Shown: positions 42,089 through 55,614 of the stretch, piece by piece
Position numbering within the stretch: position 1 is the stretch's first letter
Layout: each line of letters opens with the position of its first letter
From: Octopus sinensis
Taxonomy: Eukaryota
Direction of reading: 5' to 3'
Assembly: GCF_006345805.1 (NCBI RefSeq)
Contig: NC_042998.1
Coordinates: 137,144,001-137,208,000 of the forward strand
Length of the DNA: 64,000 nt
Made by a program: the position numbers and the translations under genes
Notes under the pieces: model-generated
What the model saw: only the letters and a program-made list of their open reading frames with translations
What the model was told of the DNA's origin: nothing
The model's database searches: none

Positions 42089-42753
42089 AATACTATGGGC
42101 CTATGAACTTAGGAAATAATCCCAAGTACTTATTGCTGGAAACCCTGTCGAAATATTTAACTTTTGACTTCCATCACATACGTTGCATACGATATACTAC
42201 TTTTTTTTCTGCATAGAAAAAAATTAATTTTTTTTTTCTGGAGGTCAATAGCTTCAATGATTTAAATGTTATGTAAACAAAATATCATGGGAAATGAAAA
42301 TACCCATGATCAGCTGATGTAAAATTTGTAGCTAATTTACAATGGTGGTTTTAAGTCTAAATTCGTCCCGAAATACATAAGCGCTCTTGCTCACAATTCG
42401 TGATGTTTGTGCAGTAACCTTGACGAAGAACAAAAATATCTGATCTAAATTCAGTTTATATACACTGTCTGTTGCTGCACAATAAAAAAAAATATGCAAT
42501 ACTTTCCAAAAGTTCAGCATTTGAGTGGATTCATTGTTGTCGAAATACCAGCGAAAGAGCATTGTCTCTTAGAGACCAGGATTGTCTTCCTAATGAATGA
42601 AAGCCAATTAAGTAAAGAAAAAAGAGAAAGCGATATATCGTAAACACATGACATCTGTGTGTGTGTGTGTGTGTGTGAGTAGGTAGATAGATAGATGCAC
42701 ACATACAAATACACACACAAATATATACATACGTCATACATTTATATGTATAA

Positions 42754-42824
<71 letters not shown>

Positions 42825-42849
42825 TATAATATATATGTATGTATGTATG

Positions 42850-42883
<34 letters not shown>

Positions 42884-43084
42884 TGTATACATGTATGTAT
42901 ACATGTGTGCAGATATGGGGCAGGTGTGGCTGTGTGGTAAGAAGCTAGATTCCCAACCTCATACTTCCAGGTGCAGTCCCACCACTGTGTAACACCTTGG
43001 GTAAGTGTCCTCTACTATAGCTCTCGGCCGACCAAAGACTTGTAAGTGGATTTGGAGGGCGAAAATTTGTGTTGACGTCTGGCC

Positions 43085-43690
43085 AGAAGGAACCCAGGGT
43101 AAACAGATGATGCTCTTGCTCTCGAAAAAGGGAGAACATCTTGAGCTTCCTGGTGATTTGCTTTACCTGACCTTCTTGGGTTTGGGAGAGTCAAGATGTT
43201 GCCATTGAGCATTCTGTTTCTTGGTTCTTGGATCATAATGGTAGATCCAGCATTCGATACAGGTCACCATAGACTCAAGTACACTTGGGATGAAGGTAAA
43301 GAGCTCAACCATCTCCCTACTGTCATTAACGCGTCTTTCCGTCTGTTCGTCACTGAGCACCCTGAGAATAAATTTTGCACAAATTCTGTACATGTTTACA
43401 TCTTCATGAATGATTCTGTGTACAGCTGCCATTTCGTCAACCAGCTTTGATGTTCTGACGTCCCTCTCTCTTCTACACTTCACGTCGGCTCTCATCTCCT
43501 TTCTGCCGTCCTTAAACATCTTGTGCCAGTGAAAACAGATGCTTGGCACATACAAGTTAATCCAAAAGCAGTATGGTATTTCGTAAGTTTCTGTAGAGCT
43601 TTTTTTCATCAGTTTAACACTGATCTTTATTGCATAGCGAGCTTCGAAATTGTCTTCACGTCCTGACCGCATTCTTCAAACTAATCAGCT
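43085..43690 (-). pseudogene. mariner-family transposase relic (N-terminal HTH to first catalytic region)
   Basis: RYAIK..VKL.K..TETYE, W.KMFKDGR, ICAKFI.RVL..EQ..RRV, W.YHYDP.TK.Q..QW..SPKPKK. Confidence 0.85.
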
Positions 43691-44599
43691 GCGACAAGTT
43701 ATAACTTCTTCTCCTAAAAAGAAAGTCTCAAACCTTCTGGAATGCACCTTGTAAGTTACCTCCAACTGAGAACTTACTTGACAGATAAAATAAGCACAGA
43801 AAAGATAATTAAGAGTAGCAGTTAACTCTTCTTGAGGTTGGATAAATATTTCATTTCAATCATAATGAAATTTTTCGCAGATGCACTTTATTTCATTCAT
43901 GCTGGTAGAAGTAGCCTGGATTAAATGTATGTGAAGGGGAAAAGTTTAGTTAGTGTCAGCTAAATATCCTTTCCTAATGTATATGCTAAACGTTATAATG
44001 TTACCGTTGGGCCCGACATAACCAGCTTATGGCTATAGCAGAAAACCTTACTGTGTATAAAAAGCAAGCACTACTGCTGAGCATGAAGCAAGAAGTAATG
44101 ACATTGAAAATATCATACATGATTACAGTAATATAACTTCACATATAGGACCCTGGATGGTTTTTTTTTTTAGATTTCTTTTGTGTGTGTGTGTGTGTGG
44201 AGTGCCTTATAGGCTATGAAATATGGTAGTATGGCACTACCACGTAGAAACTGCAGAATCGCAAAGAGAATTCGGAAGCGAGAGATGTGGCTAGCATAGG
44301 TCATCTTTCGTGGTTGTAGTAATGTTAAATTTGCAACCGTCTCTTTGTAAGACTATCCGGACAACATCTTCATACTGTACGTATTTATCTTGTCTGTGAT
44401 ATCATTGGTACGCCAATGATATGACATTGCATCAGTTTAATATACTTGCACGTGGTCAAGGCTATTTAAGTTGGCTACCAGTTCGATGTTATAAACAGTA
44501 ATGTAAGATGACGCTTGGATACTCAGTAATTACAGACGTCTGAAATTTTAACCAACTTAATAGTTGTTGAATTAGGTCATTATCGTAAGCATAACAATG

Positions 44600-44659
<60 letters not shown>

Positions 44660-44664
44660 TACTC

Positions 44665-44704
<40 letters not shown>

Positions 44705-45680
44705 ACATGTATGCACGTGTATATATACATACATATATATGTGAGTGTGTGTATGTATATGTATGTATATATGAAAGAAAGAAAGAAAAAAGAAAGAGTA
44801 GGGAGAGAGAGAGTGGAGATGGAGAGTTAAGGGATGCTTGTGAAAGTCGGAGCGAATCATGGATATCATAGTTTATCTGGCCGGAGGTAGGTTTCCAGTT
44901 TGACATACGCCAACTGAAGTCTTTCAAACAATCGATGGTCCGAGATTTAATTACCCTGTTGTATAATGGAAAAAAATGCCTACAATTTAGTCCGTCGAAT
45001 GAAGTATTTCACATCCATGCAGATATCATTATCCGGATTATGTGCCTGTCTATTCTTATGTAATGATGTGAAAGAAATTTGGCTGCTATTTCTAATAACT
45101 CAAATTATCGCATTGTGGATCTCTCGTTGGCTTGTGATAAAGAGATGTAGGGATGTGTGGTGGTAAAAAGCGGAGTAAAATAACGAGCAAATATCCTCCT
45201 AAGTTTATGATGTAAATGGGCGAGTGTAAAGTTTAGTACAAAAGCTTAAAGCTTAGACAGAAATCAGAAGGTGACTGCCTTTGTTGGTTATATAATCATT
45301 ACTTGACGAAATTAGTAAACAAGTGTTACAAGTAAGTGTTATGAACGACAAGTGCACACTGCTGGACCTTGACCATCTCGTTGTTGTTGCTGTTAGAGCG
45401 GTTGATTTTGTTGCCGTCACTCATCAGGACCTTTGAGCTACCTGAAGTCTGCATACATAGACTCATACACACACGCACGCACACACGCACGCACACACAC
45501 ACGCACGCACGCACACACACATACATTCACGCACATATTGTATTCATATACACACAGAAAACATACACACACACATATATATATAAACACATACATATTA
45601 TATACACATGTGTATGTATATATTATGTGTATATATATATATATATACACATGTACACACACATGTATACATTTATATGC

Positions 45681-45716
<36 letters not shown>

Positions 45717-45717
45717 T

Positions 45718-45761
<44 letters not shown>

Positions 45762-45792
45762 GTTTTCTCTTTGTGTTTTCATGTTTGGATTA

Positions 45793-45916
<124 letters not shown>

Positions 45917-45974
45917 CTTACATACATATATGTGTGTGTGTACATACATATGTGTATATACATATATGAATTAA

Positions 45975-45997
45975 AAATAAATAAATAAATGAATGAA

Positions 45998-46088
<91 letters not shown>
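45975..46088. repeat. (TAAA)n microsatellite
   Basis: Direct reading. Confidence 0.95.
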
Positions 46089-46748
46089 AGTAGTTTGTTG
46101 TTTATTACGAAAGGTTAGATTAAATGAAATAGTGCATACACGTTTTTGAAATGTACCGTGATCAGATAATTGCTATCTAATCACAGTCATGCGTAGAAAG
46201 GAAATTAAGTATTCGTAACCTGAATAGAAGCTTAGAGGCATTGATGGATTATAAAGCATACCAGCACACAGAGAGGGGGAGAGAGGGGTGAGAGGGGAGA
46301 GAGAGAGTGGGGGAGAGACGGTGGGAGAGAGAGTGAGAGAGAGTTTGTACGTGTGCGTGTGTGTGTGCACCCGTAATCATAGAAAGAATAGAAAGAAAGA
46401 GGTGGAAAGGTTGACATTTGGCTGTCTATTATGATTCGATAATGTTATATGTTACGTCAGATGATTACTGAGATCGAAATCGGCTACTTAGAATTATGTA
46501 ACTGTATTTCTTATTGAAATATAACCAAAAGAGAGAAAGGGAGAGAGAGTGACAGAGTTAGTGAGTGAGGGAAGGGGAAGCGGATGACAGAAAAGGTAAA
46601 ATATGGGATTGAGTATCTGATTATGAAATTCATAGAAAGGAACGTAAAGAAGTCACGTGATTGAACTTTTAACATAATGAATAGAAAGGCGAAGTACCTC
46701 CTCCTCCTCCTCACAAAGACTTCCTATTCCAACAGAAAATAGTAATAA

Positions 46749-49700
46749 CTAGCAGTAAAACCCGTCATTGATCGGGTAATTACTTTTACTGTTTATCGGG
46801 AGCCACATTGAAAGTATTATTATATGTATAACTAGCAGTATCGCCCGGCGTTGCTCGGGTTTGTAAGGGAAATAACTATATAAGCATTTTTAGAGAGTTA
46901 CTTCCCTTATAGATGCCAATTCGGGCTTTCTTAGCCATTTCTGTTTTGGTGTCTTCAAGCCATGAAGTCGTTGTTCTAAAAGAACGCTGGTCTCCTTGAC
47001 AACGCTTTACGACGTTGATTTCCTTACACTCCCTTCCCCACAGCTTCACGAGGGAGGGAAGAAGGGGGAGAAGCAAACAGGTACAGGTGTGACCATGGAC
47101 GCCAACTCCGCCGCCATCGACACACGAAAAATTATGCATTAAAATGGAATAAAAAATGATGTTAAATTATTTTTTAAATCGTAGACTCATCGTAGACGCG
47201 CGCTAATACTCAGACGGGCTCGATATGAATCACGACTATAAGATACCCGAATTTGGTTAAACTGCACCGCAAAATGTGGGAGTAGTTAGGAATCTAAATC
47301 GAAGGGGACAGACACTCACACAACTACAGTTTTATATATATAGATTTACTCCTGTATGTGTGTATTTTTAGAAGAGAAAACCGTATAATAATTGAAGTAG
47401 AAGAAAGATCAATATCATACATGAACTTGTGTTTGTTTATGATATGACAATAATAAGTTACTTGTAAGTCGGTGAGCTGGCAGAAACGTTAGCATATCGG
47501 GCGAAATTCCGCCGAGGTCGACTTTCATCCTTTCGGGGTCGATAAATTAAGTACCAGTTGCGCACTGAGATCGATCTCATTTACTGGCTCCCTCCTCCAA
47601 AATTTAGGGCCATGTGTCTAGAGTAGAAAAGAATAAGTTAGTTGTATGTGCTATTTTATTTATCTATACAGTAATAGCAATGATATAATATCTTTATAAG
47701 AGAAAAACATGTAATAATTGAAGTAAAAAAAAGATCATTTTTACACATGACCTTTTTTTTTTTTTACTACATGAAAATAGTTCAGCTGATTGATGTCTTG
47801 AAAGCCTCGATCTCATATTTGTTGAAAGTTGAAGTGTTTTCACATGATGCCATAATACAGAAGACTTTATTGAAGCATTGAACTCATCCACTTTTCTTCC
47901 TCTGGAAACAACTGGTAGTGTTTGTCGGAAGTCTCCTAACAATAATATTGTACATTTCCCATCATAGAATTGCAATTTCTAATGTCTCGTAATGTTCTGT
48001 CAAAAGCTTTCTTGTGGGCCATAGTACATTCGTCCCAGACAATTAAGTGACATCTTTGTATTAGTTCACCCATTGCAGAATGTTTAGATATATTACAAAC
48101 TGGATCTTGTTTGTTGTTAGATAAATCTAAAGGTAACTTGAGTGTTGAATAGGCAGTCCGACCTCCGGGTAGTAATGTTGCTGCAATCCCAGAAGAAGTA
48201 GTAACTAAAGCTATTTTATTTTCTTGACGAACTTTAGACAGGCGGAGTTTACAAATGTTTTCCAGTACCTTCTGGAACATCTAAGAAATAAAGTCCTCCT
48301 GTGTTATTGTTAATAATTTCTATGACAGTAGAATATGCACGACGTTGATCAGATAATTTGGGGAAATTATTATTTATGTACATGGTCAGCTCCTCCTTAT
48401 CATAGGAAATTTCTTGGATCTTTTCAATTCTGAAGCCAGGACCACAGATCTTTCTACTTAACTAAATATTCTGAAACTTCGTATGCTGATAGAGTCTAGC
48501 AAAACAAGACACAGGTTGGAACTAGTTTATTTGAGAAAAATCTATTTTATGACTTTAATCGTAGATTAAAACTGCGAATTTTAACCAATCAGATTGTTTG
48601 TTTTCATGTGTAAAACTTGACTGCATTCTATTAGTGTGACGTAGAAAGCGCTTTTGTGACGTACTAACGTTCGGAAAACTGTAAACAAACACAGAACGTA
48701 ACGGCAGACGAAATACGGCTACGCATTTCGCCCGGCGTGCTAACGTTTCTGCCAGCTCTTTGCTTTTTTAATATTAAATTTCTTGCCTTTTGCACAAATA
48801 AATACAATAAGTGAAATGAAACGCATTAGCTTAGAACGAAATCTTGTTAGAAGCCGCGTCACTGAGATGCCACTTCTTAATAGCAAACGAAAGCAAGTAC
48901 TAACAGAATGGAAACATTTTCAATTTAATACATGTGGCTTATTAACTAGTTTTAAATATTGTTATTAGAAGGTGGCTGACTATAGGATCCTGGAAACATG
49001 AGTACGTTAAATAATTAGAAGGAGATTTCACGGAGACATGCGGCTTGTTTACATTTAAGATGTTTAATACGTCACCAAATTGGTGGTCGAGACGGAGTAA
49101 ATAAAATAAAGCCGAATGACGGAATATCATTGGTTAAAATTCTAATTATTAAACAACGTTAAACTTAGAAGTTACAATTCCGTTTTCATTCTGGTTTACA
49201 ATTAAGTTTACTTTTGACACATTCTACCAGTATACGAAGTTTCAAATTGTTTGGTTCAGTAGGAAAAATTTGAAAAAACTGGCTTCAGAATTGAAAAGAT
49301 CCAATTTCTTACTATTTCAGTGGACAATGTTAAGATCCCCTCTATTAGTTAGTGAGAGAACTAAATTTTGTATAGATTCACCTCCCATGGAAATAATTTG
49401 ATCTCTTTCAATCAAAGCAGCATTGTATATAGCATCAGTAAAACCAACATCTTGCTCGGGATTATTGAACTGAAGTTGATGCTTGAAATCTTCAAAAAGA
49501 TCATTTCTGAACATATTCCACAGTTGAACAGAATTACTTCACAATTTTTGAGAATAATAGCAAAAATACATCATAAAGTCTTATGTGTTTTGATATTGAA
49601 GCTTCTTCTAATGTAGCTTCCCATTGCTGATCATTTGCAAGCAAACCTAACTTGAAACACGCTTCTCGATATGTTCTGCAAATCTTACCATCGACTTGTT

Positions 49701-50256
49701 TCGAACTTTCCTATGAAGTTGGTCCTCTTTTTATATGAAGAAGCATTCTGAGATGAAAGTATTCATTTTGATTAGGATGTACAGTATATAATCTACAAAT
49801 TGTTGTTCCAAACTTAATACCAGAATGACATTGAACCTTTGTGCCTATTTTGCGTCTGTTCCATTTATTATTTACTCCATGTGTAATAAGAAAGAGAGAA
49901 AGGGAAAAAGGAAGAGAGTGAGAAAGAAAGAGGAAGAAAGAGAAAGAAAGGGAGGGAAAATAGACAGATAGAGAAGACAGAAAATCATAGAGATGGTGTC
50001 TGGTTTTAGTTTCCCTTTGCGGGAAAAACAAAGAGGCAGAATGTCTTTGAAGTAGCATGGCAGAGTTTTAGTTTCAATTTGCGGGACAAACAAAGAGACA
50101 GAATCTCTTTGAAGTAGCATGGCAGAGAGACAGACAATTAGACAGACAGAGAATATAGAGGGTGAGACAGAATAGAAGAGATATAGAAAGAAAAGCATAG
50201 AGATGGTGTTTGGTTTTAGTTTCACTTTGTGGGACAAACAGACAGACAGAATCTCA

Positions 50257-50290
<34 letters not shown>
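46749..50290 (-). mobile_element. Internally deleted Helitron with RepHel remnants and nested insertions
   Basis: 3' end: hairpin ACCCGATCAATGACGGGT then CTAG|T at 46749. Helicase pieces at 47700-48280 (SGIAATLLPGGRTA.S.LKLP, IVWDECTM, LLGDFRQTLPV); RLYTVHP...LRMLL..RGPTS at 49711-49870. Probable 5' end TCTATATAT..AAAAGTGAGATTCTGTC at about 50290, with ~60-bp subterminal repeats. Confidence 0.72.
46832..47344 (-). mobile_element. Complete non-autonomous Helitron (513 bp)
   Basis: 5' TCTATATATATAAAA; 3' hairpin CCCGAGCAACGCCGGG then CTAG; inserted between A and T with no TSD. Confidence 0.82.
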
Positions 50291-50292
<2 letters not shown>

Positions 50293-50299
50293 GACAATA

Positions 50300-51390
50300 A
50301 TGGTTTCAAATTTTGGTACAATGTCAGCAATTTCGGGAGATGCAGTATGTCGATCATATCGACCTCAATGTTCAGCTGGTAATTATTTTATCGACCTCTA
50401 AGCGGATGAAAGACAAAGTCGACCTCGGCGGCACTCGAACTGAGAACGTAAAGGCGAACGACATACCTATTTCTTTACTACCCACAAGGGGCTAAACACA
50501 GAGCGGACAAACAAGGACAGACAAACGGATTAAGTCGATTATATCCACCCCAGTGCGTAACTGGTACTAAATTTATCGACCCCGAAAGGATGAAAGGTAA
50601 AGTTGACCTCGGCGGAACTTGATCTCAGAACGTAACCGCAGACGAAATACCGCTAAGCATTTTGTCCGTCGTCTTAACGATCCTACCTACTCGCCACCTT
50701 CGAAATGATAACATAATTATTATTATTATTTATAATTTAAGCACAAGACCAGCAATTTTGAAGGGAAAGCTTTAGTAGATCGATTATTTAATGATAGCAA
50801 GAGAATGAAAGGTAAAATTGACCTCGCCAGAATTTTAACTTACAACGTAAAAAAGCCACAACTAAACATTGCCAGCAAATTTTTCCGATGCTCTAACAAT
50901 ACTGCCAATTCACAACCCCCTGGTTTCTTATTTAAGCACTAGTCCAGCAATTTTGAGAGGCGGGTATTAATCGATACCACCGACCCCAGTACTTTATTGT
51001 ATTGATCCCAGAGGAATGAAAGGCAAAACTAACCTCAGTTAGATTTGAACTCGGAATGTAAAAAGCGGCAACTAAATTTTGCATCAGCAATAATGAACCA
51101 GCCTCTCAGTGGTGATAATATTTCTAAGTTTGGCCCAAGACCAACCAATTTCAATGAAAGTGGGTAAATCAAGAACACCGACTATTCTAAGAGAGAGAGT
51201 GTGTGTGGTAAGTTGATAACGTCGACCTTAGTGCTCAACTGATACTTGTTTCATCGACCGTGAAAAGATAAATGGCGAAGTCAATATCGGTGGAATTTGA
51301 ACTCAGAACGTAAAAATTGGGGGGGAAAAATATATGTATGACGTTACCTATTTTGTCCAAACTAGCTAACGAGTCTACAAGTTCGCTGCT
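50300..51390 (-). mobile_element. Cluster of SINE family 1 copies, including one tandem unit with the Tx1-like tail
   Basis: Repeated AAAGTCGACCTCGGCGGAA.TTGAACTCAGAACGTA; tail at about 50467-50530. Confidence 0.8.
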
Positions 51391-52067
51391 TTGTCATTAC
51401 TAATAATAATGTTTTCTTTATTTCTCAATACTGATAAAAACATAATTCGTTTAATATAGGTACAAAGCCACACATTTTTAGCATACGCGATTAGATCAAA
51501 TTAGTACTTAATTGGTAGTTATTTTATAACTATCCATATAAGGGTGAAAGATAACGTCAACACATTAGCTGAGACGATATATCTATTAGCTGAAGGGTCG
51601 AATGTTTTCGTACAGTCACCAGTCGTTTATGTCAAAATTTTAGCTCTCTTTCGTCCACCTAATTGCAGATTGATAGTCCCTGTTGTTGCTGTTTTAATGC
51701 CAGATTATATCTGATCGAAGAAACCAATGGTCAAAAGCGTTCTAGCATATGCCATCCTGTCCTTCTTTTCACATGGTGTCTTGGAACACAACTAGCGTAT
51801 TCTTCCTTTCTTTAAGACAGTAGAGTGGGAGATGAGGGAGGTCTAACGACCACATAGCAGAGCTTTCCTTGACTCCGATTGTAGATAAGTTGTTTTTGTT
51901 ATTGTTGAACTCTGGGTCATCCTGATCAAAGGTGTTCAACCCATGATAATCCTCTTTTTATATAACAGGAACTACATTACACATGTGATGTAAAGAATAT
52001 GTGCCTGCTATTTCAAGTAACTACGCAGAAATCTTATTGTCTAATAGAACAGAAAAGGATTTAGTTC

Positions 52068-53880
52068 TATTTCTTTATTACCCACAAAGGGGCCACGAAG
52101 ATGGGGACATTACAAGACGGGACATGGGGTACATAAAGTAAAAATAAAATATGAAGTAAAAGATGAATTATAAGTAATGAGATGGAACGGCTTACGAACC
52201 CCCAACTCGCAGTTCCGTTTAAAATACAAATGTACATTTCATATATTCCAATACAATTTTACAGTTACATATATTCCAGTTCAAAGTACAATAATTTTAC
52301 AATTTTACATGTTAACATTACATATATTCCTGTTCAAAATACAACTTTACATCATACAATTTTACAATTAACAATTCTAATTCTTTTACATTAGACGCTC
52401 GTCCGTCATATAATCCAATAGGTCCATTTGGTCTATTACATCTGGTAATTTATCATACCGTACATAATGCGTTATATGCATAGCATTAAATATCTTTTTT
52501 AATTTTGTGTATGTCTCTTTGTCTATAATGACGCCTTTTACATCGTCACCATACAGTTTTGGGTTCACCTTCACCCTGACCAACCCTTTCTTACCTACAA
52601 GTCTCTTTTCCACTTCTGTATTCTTGATATACATCACAACTGCCTTCAAGTTTTTTCCTGTAGGCCTTCTTCCATATTTACACGATTCCAATTGTTCGTT
52701 CACTCTTGTCTCCCATTCTTGTTCAAACTCTGTCCTTGGCCGCTCTCTCGCCTTCTCTTTTACTTCCTGTTCTTTGTATGTTCTCTCTTCTGCTATCTTG
52801 CTTTTGATTTTTTTCTTTTTTAGATCCTTCGGTGGTGATTCCACCCTTGATCTCTTCCTATCTTCTGTTTTTTCCTCTTCTGCACTTGCTCGTTCTTCCT
52901 CATTTAACTGCTCCTCCATTTGTGCTTCCTCCGCCTTCGCCTCCTCCACACACGCATCCTTACACTCCTCCATCACAACCTCTGGTGCTTTTGTTTTTTC
53001 CCGCGGGCACACATCCTTCATGTGGCCCCTCGATTTACAATTATAGCAGATAGGGGGTCTTCCCTCTACCACAACTCGGAGCCGTGTCTCGTCAGGGTAG
53101 ACCAACTCCTCCGGGATGTTGTACAGGTCTCGCACGGTTATGTGTGCTAGAACCTGCACCGTATATCCCCACCACTTCACCTCTGCTGACTTCTCCACCT
53201 TCAGTACCTCCACATCATCCTTGCAGTTAAACAGCACTGCTGCCAGCAACCTTTCCATATTAAATTCGGGTGAGATTCTATTGATTCTCATCCTCACTGC
53301 TCTCCTTCCGCAGTAACTTGGTAGCAAAGTCCACTTATCCGATTTCAAAATTCTTGTTGCATTCTTTTTTGCCTCATTTTCTGTTTCAAAATATACCACC
53401 ACCGTGGCATACTTCCTTCCTCTTTTGAAAAATGTGGGTTCACCCTCAATTTCCTTCAGACACCTTTCTACTTCTTCCATTTCCGCTACTTCAATTTTTT
53501 TCGACTCCACACACCACGTCCTGTACGTTATAGTACGCTTCTCTGCACTGCTTTCCTCCTCCTCGGACGGTGTGACTATCACGCAGTCACCCTCCCTCTT
53601 TAAACTGTCGAAATACTTTTGCAAAGTCTTCTGTTCGACCACCACCTCCTCCATCTCCAGCTCACCGGCAACCAGGCCTCTGCCTGCCGCTCGCGCGTAA
53701 GTCTGCTCTTGCATTTTCAAGAAAAAAAACTATTCCACGTCCTCCAACGAACTCGAACTCACAACCCCCTCACTCGAAATAAACACACCAGAATAACTCC
53801 AAATAACCTATTTGATTTGCTAATTTCCATTACAAATGAAAAAGAAAAAAAAGCAATATAATTTCTGAGAGTAAATGTAT
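52068..53880 (-). mobile_element. ORF1-only (HAL1-like) L1/Tx1-type retroelement A
   Basis: T-rich 5' UTR, single intact ORF, ~320-bp 3' UTR ending GCCCCTTTGTGGGTAATAAAGAAATA. No ORF2 sequence between the stop codon and the polyA signal. The 5' boundary is approximate. Confidence 0.7.
52386..53714 (-). CDS. L1/Tx1 ORF1p-like nucleic-acid-binding protein with CCHC zinc knuckle (442 aa from the ATG at 53714)
   Basis: Uninterrupted ORF. TYARAA N-terminal motif, RRM-like block, LRVVVEGRPPICYNCKSRGHMKDVCP (CX2CX4HX4C), charged coiled region. Confidence 0.8.
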   Translation of the reverse strand: MQEQTYARAAGRGLVAGELEMEEVVVEQKTLQKYFDSLKREGDCVIVTPSEEEESSAEKRTITYRTWCVESKKIEVAEMEEVERCLKEIEGEPTFFKRGRKYATVVVYFETENEAKKNATRILKSDKWTLLPSYCGRRAVRMRINRISPEFNMERLLAAVLFNCKDDVEVLKVEKSAEVKWWGYTVQVLAHITVRDLYNIPEELVYPDETRLRVVVEGRPPICYNCKSRGHMKDVCPREKTKAPEVVMEECKDACVEEAKAEEAQMEEQLNEEERASAEEEKTEDRKRSRVESPPKDLKKKKIKSKIAEERTYKEQEVKEKARERPRTEFEQEWETRVNEQLESCKYGRRPTGKNLKAVVMYIKNTEVEKRLVGKKGLVRVKVNPKLYGDDVKGVIIDKETYTKLKKIFNAMHITHYVRYDKLPDVIDQMDLLDYMTDERLM

Positions 53881-53889
53881 TTTAGATGT

Positions 53890-55600
53890 TTTAAGTCTAA
53901 GTTCAAATCCCACTGGAGTCGACTTTGTCTTTCTGCACTGATAATATAAGTACCAGTAAAGTAATCGGTTGATTAGATCGATAATCACCTTTTCCAATAT
54001 TCTTGACCTGGTATAAGGCGGCGACCTGACAAAATCTTTAGCATACCGGGGGCCAAAATGCTTAGCAGCTTTTCGTCTGTCTTTACGTTGTGAGTTCAAA
54101 TTCCGCCGAGGTCGACTTTGCCTTTCATCCTTTCGGGTTCGATAAATTAAGTACCAGTTGAATACTAGGGTTGATTTAATTGACTTATTCTCGCCCCCGA
54201 AATTGCTGACTTTAAACCAAAGTTTGAAACCAGTAGTTGTGGCTTTGTGCTAAAGTTAGAAATCTCACCGGGATCATCTTTACCTTTCATCTTTTCGAGG
54301 AGGATAAAATAAAGTTCTAGTCAAATTCAGGAGTTAATGGTGTCGGATGAACCACGTCCTCTCAAAATTTCTGGTCTTGTGCCTAAGTCAAAAACTATTA
54401 TAATTATTAATAGTTGGTACAAGAAGAGCAGCTGGCTGGTACAATCGTCAGTGAGTCAGGCTAAATGTATTGCGGTATTTTTTCTGGCTTTTTACATTTT
54501 AAGCTCAACTTTTGCCGAGGTTGACTTTGCCTTTTATCCTTTCGAAGTCGTTAAAACAAGTATCAGTTGAGTACTGGGGTTGATGTAACCAGCTTAGCAC
54601 ACACATACTCAAAATTGTACCGAGATCAGAAATCTTTATTATTAGCATAAAGAAGTTCAGAGCCGGATGAAATACCATTGTGGAATATAATTAATCACTT
54701 TTGACTATTTTGAATTCAAATCACGCCAAGTTTGACTCCGCCTTCATCTCACGGGGTTGTAAAAGTAAGTGCCAGCCAACTACAGGGATCGATATTTAGT
54801 CGAATATCCCACCTTGGTTAATAATTTGTAGATTCGTTTTTGTAATAGAAATCATTATTACATTGTATTTTTCCCTTGGGTAGCAACTGTTATTTCCTAT
54901 TTGCTTGCCCTCAGAAAGTGTGAAAAATGGCTAATATTTCCTTCAAACTTTGATTTTGTTACATTTATTCAAGCTCCAAAGAATTTCTTTCACATATAGC
55001 TATGGTTCTCTCCCACTACTCCTGCTCATGATCAGAGATGCACATATTGTCAGTCACTAAGGGACATGCTCAAATGGTTAAGATCAAGCAATTCACAAAC
55101 AAATCTATGGCATTGAGCAGAATATTTGCAATAACGATATTTCTGCTTCAGCAACTCAGTGCTGAATGTGTCTGAAATGTCCAGATCACAAAAGCAAAGT
55201 TTTAGAAAAACAGTAGTCATTTCCCTCGATTTCAAGTTAGAAGCTAAAAGGAAATAAAACTTATTGACCAAAAACAAAATAATAATAATTTTGTTACGCA
55301 TTGTTAACAATGCTATATGTAACTACATACTATTATACAAGTAATACTATATATTGCTATTAAAACAATATAGCTGTCTTAACCATATGGAAGAAAATTT
55401 CCGAAAATTTCCGAAACACAAAGGCCACAGGATGATAATAATTTTTAACGTGGGAACAAAAAAGAGAATAAAGGCAAAGTTGGCCTCGGTGAGATTTGAA
55501 TTCAGAAAGTAAAGAGCTAGAACAAATACTGCAAAATATTTTGACCGACGGTTTAACGATTCTGGCAATTTGCCGGTCTTTGAAGGCGGCGAGCAGGCAG
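53890..55600. mobile_element. SINE family 1 copies in mixed orientation between the two ORF1-only elements
   Basis: Cores at about 53890-53990, 54020-54240 and 54410-54600 (+), and 55470-55570 (-). Confidence 0.7.
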
Positions 55601-55614
55601 AAACGCCAGCACGC

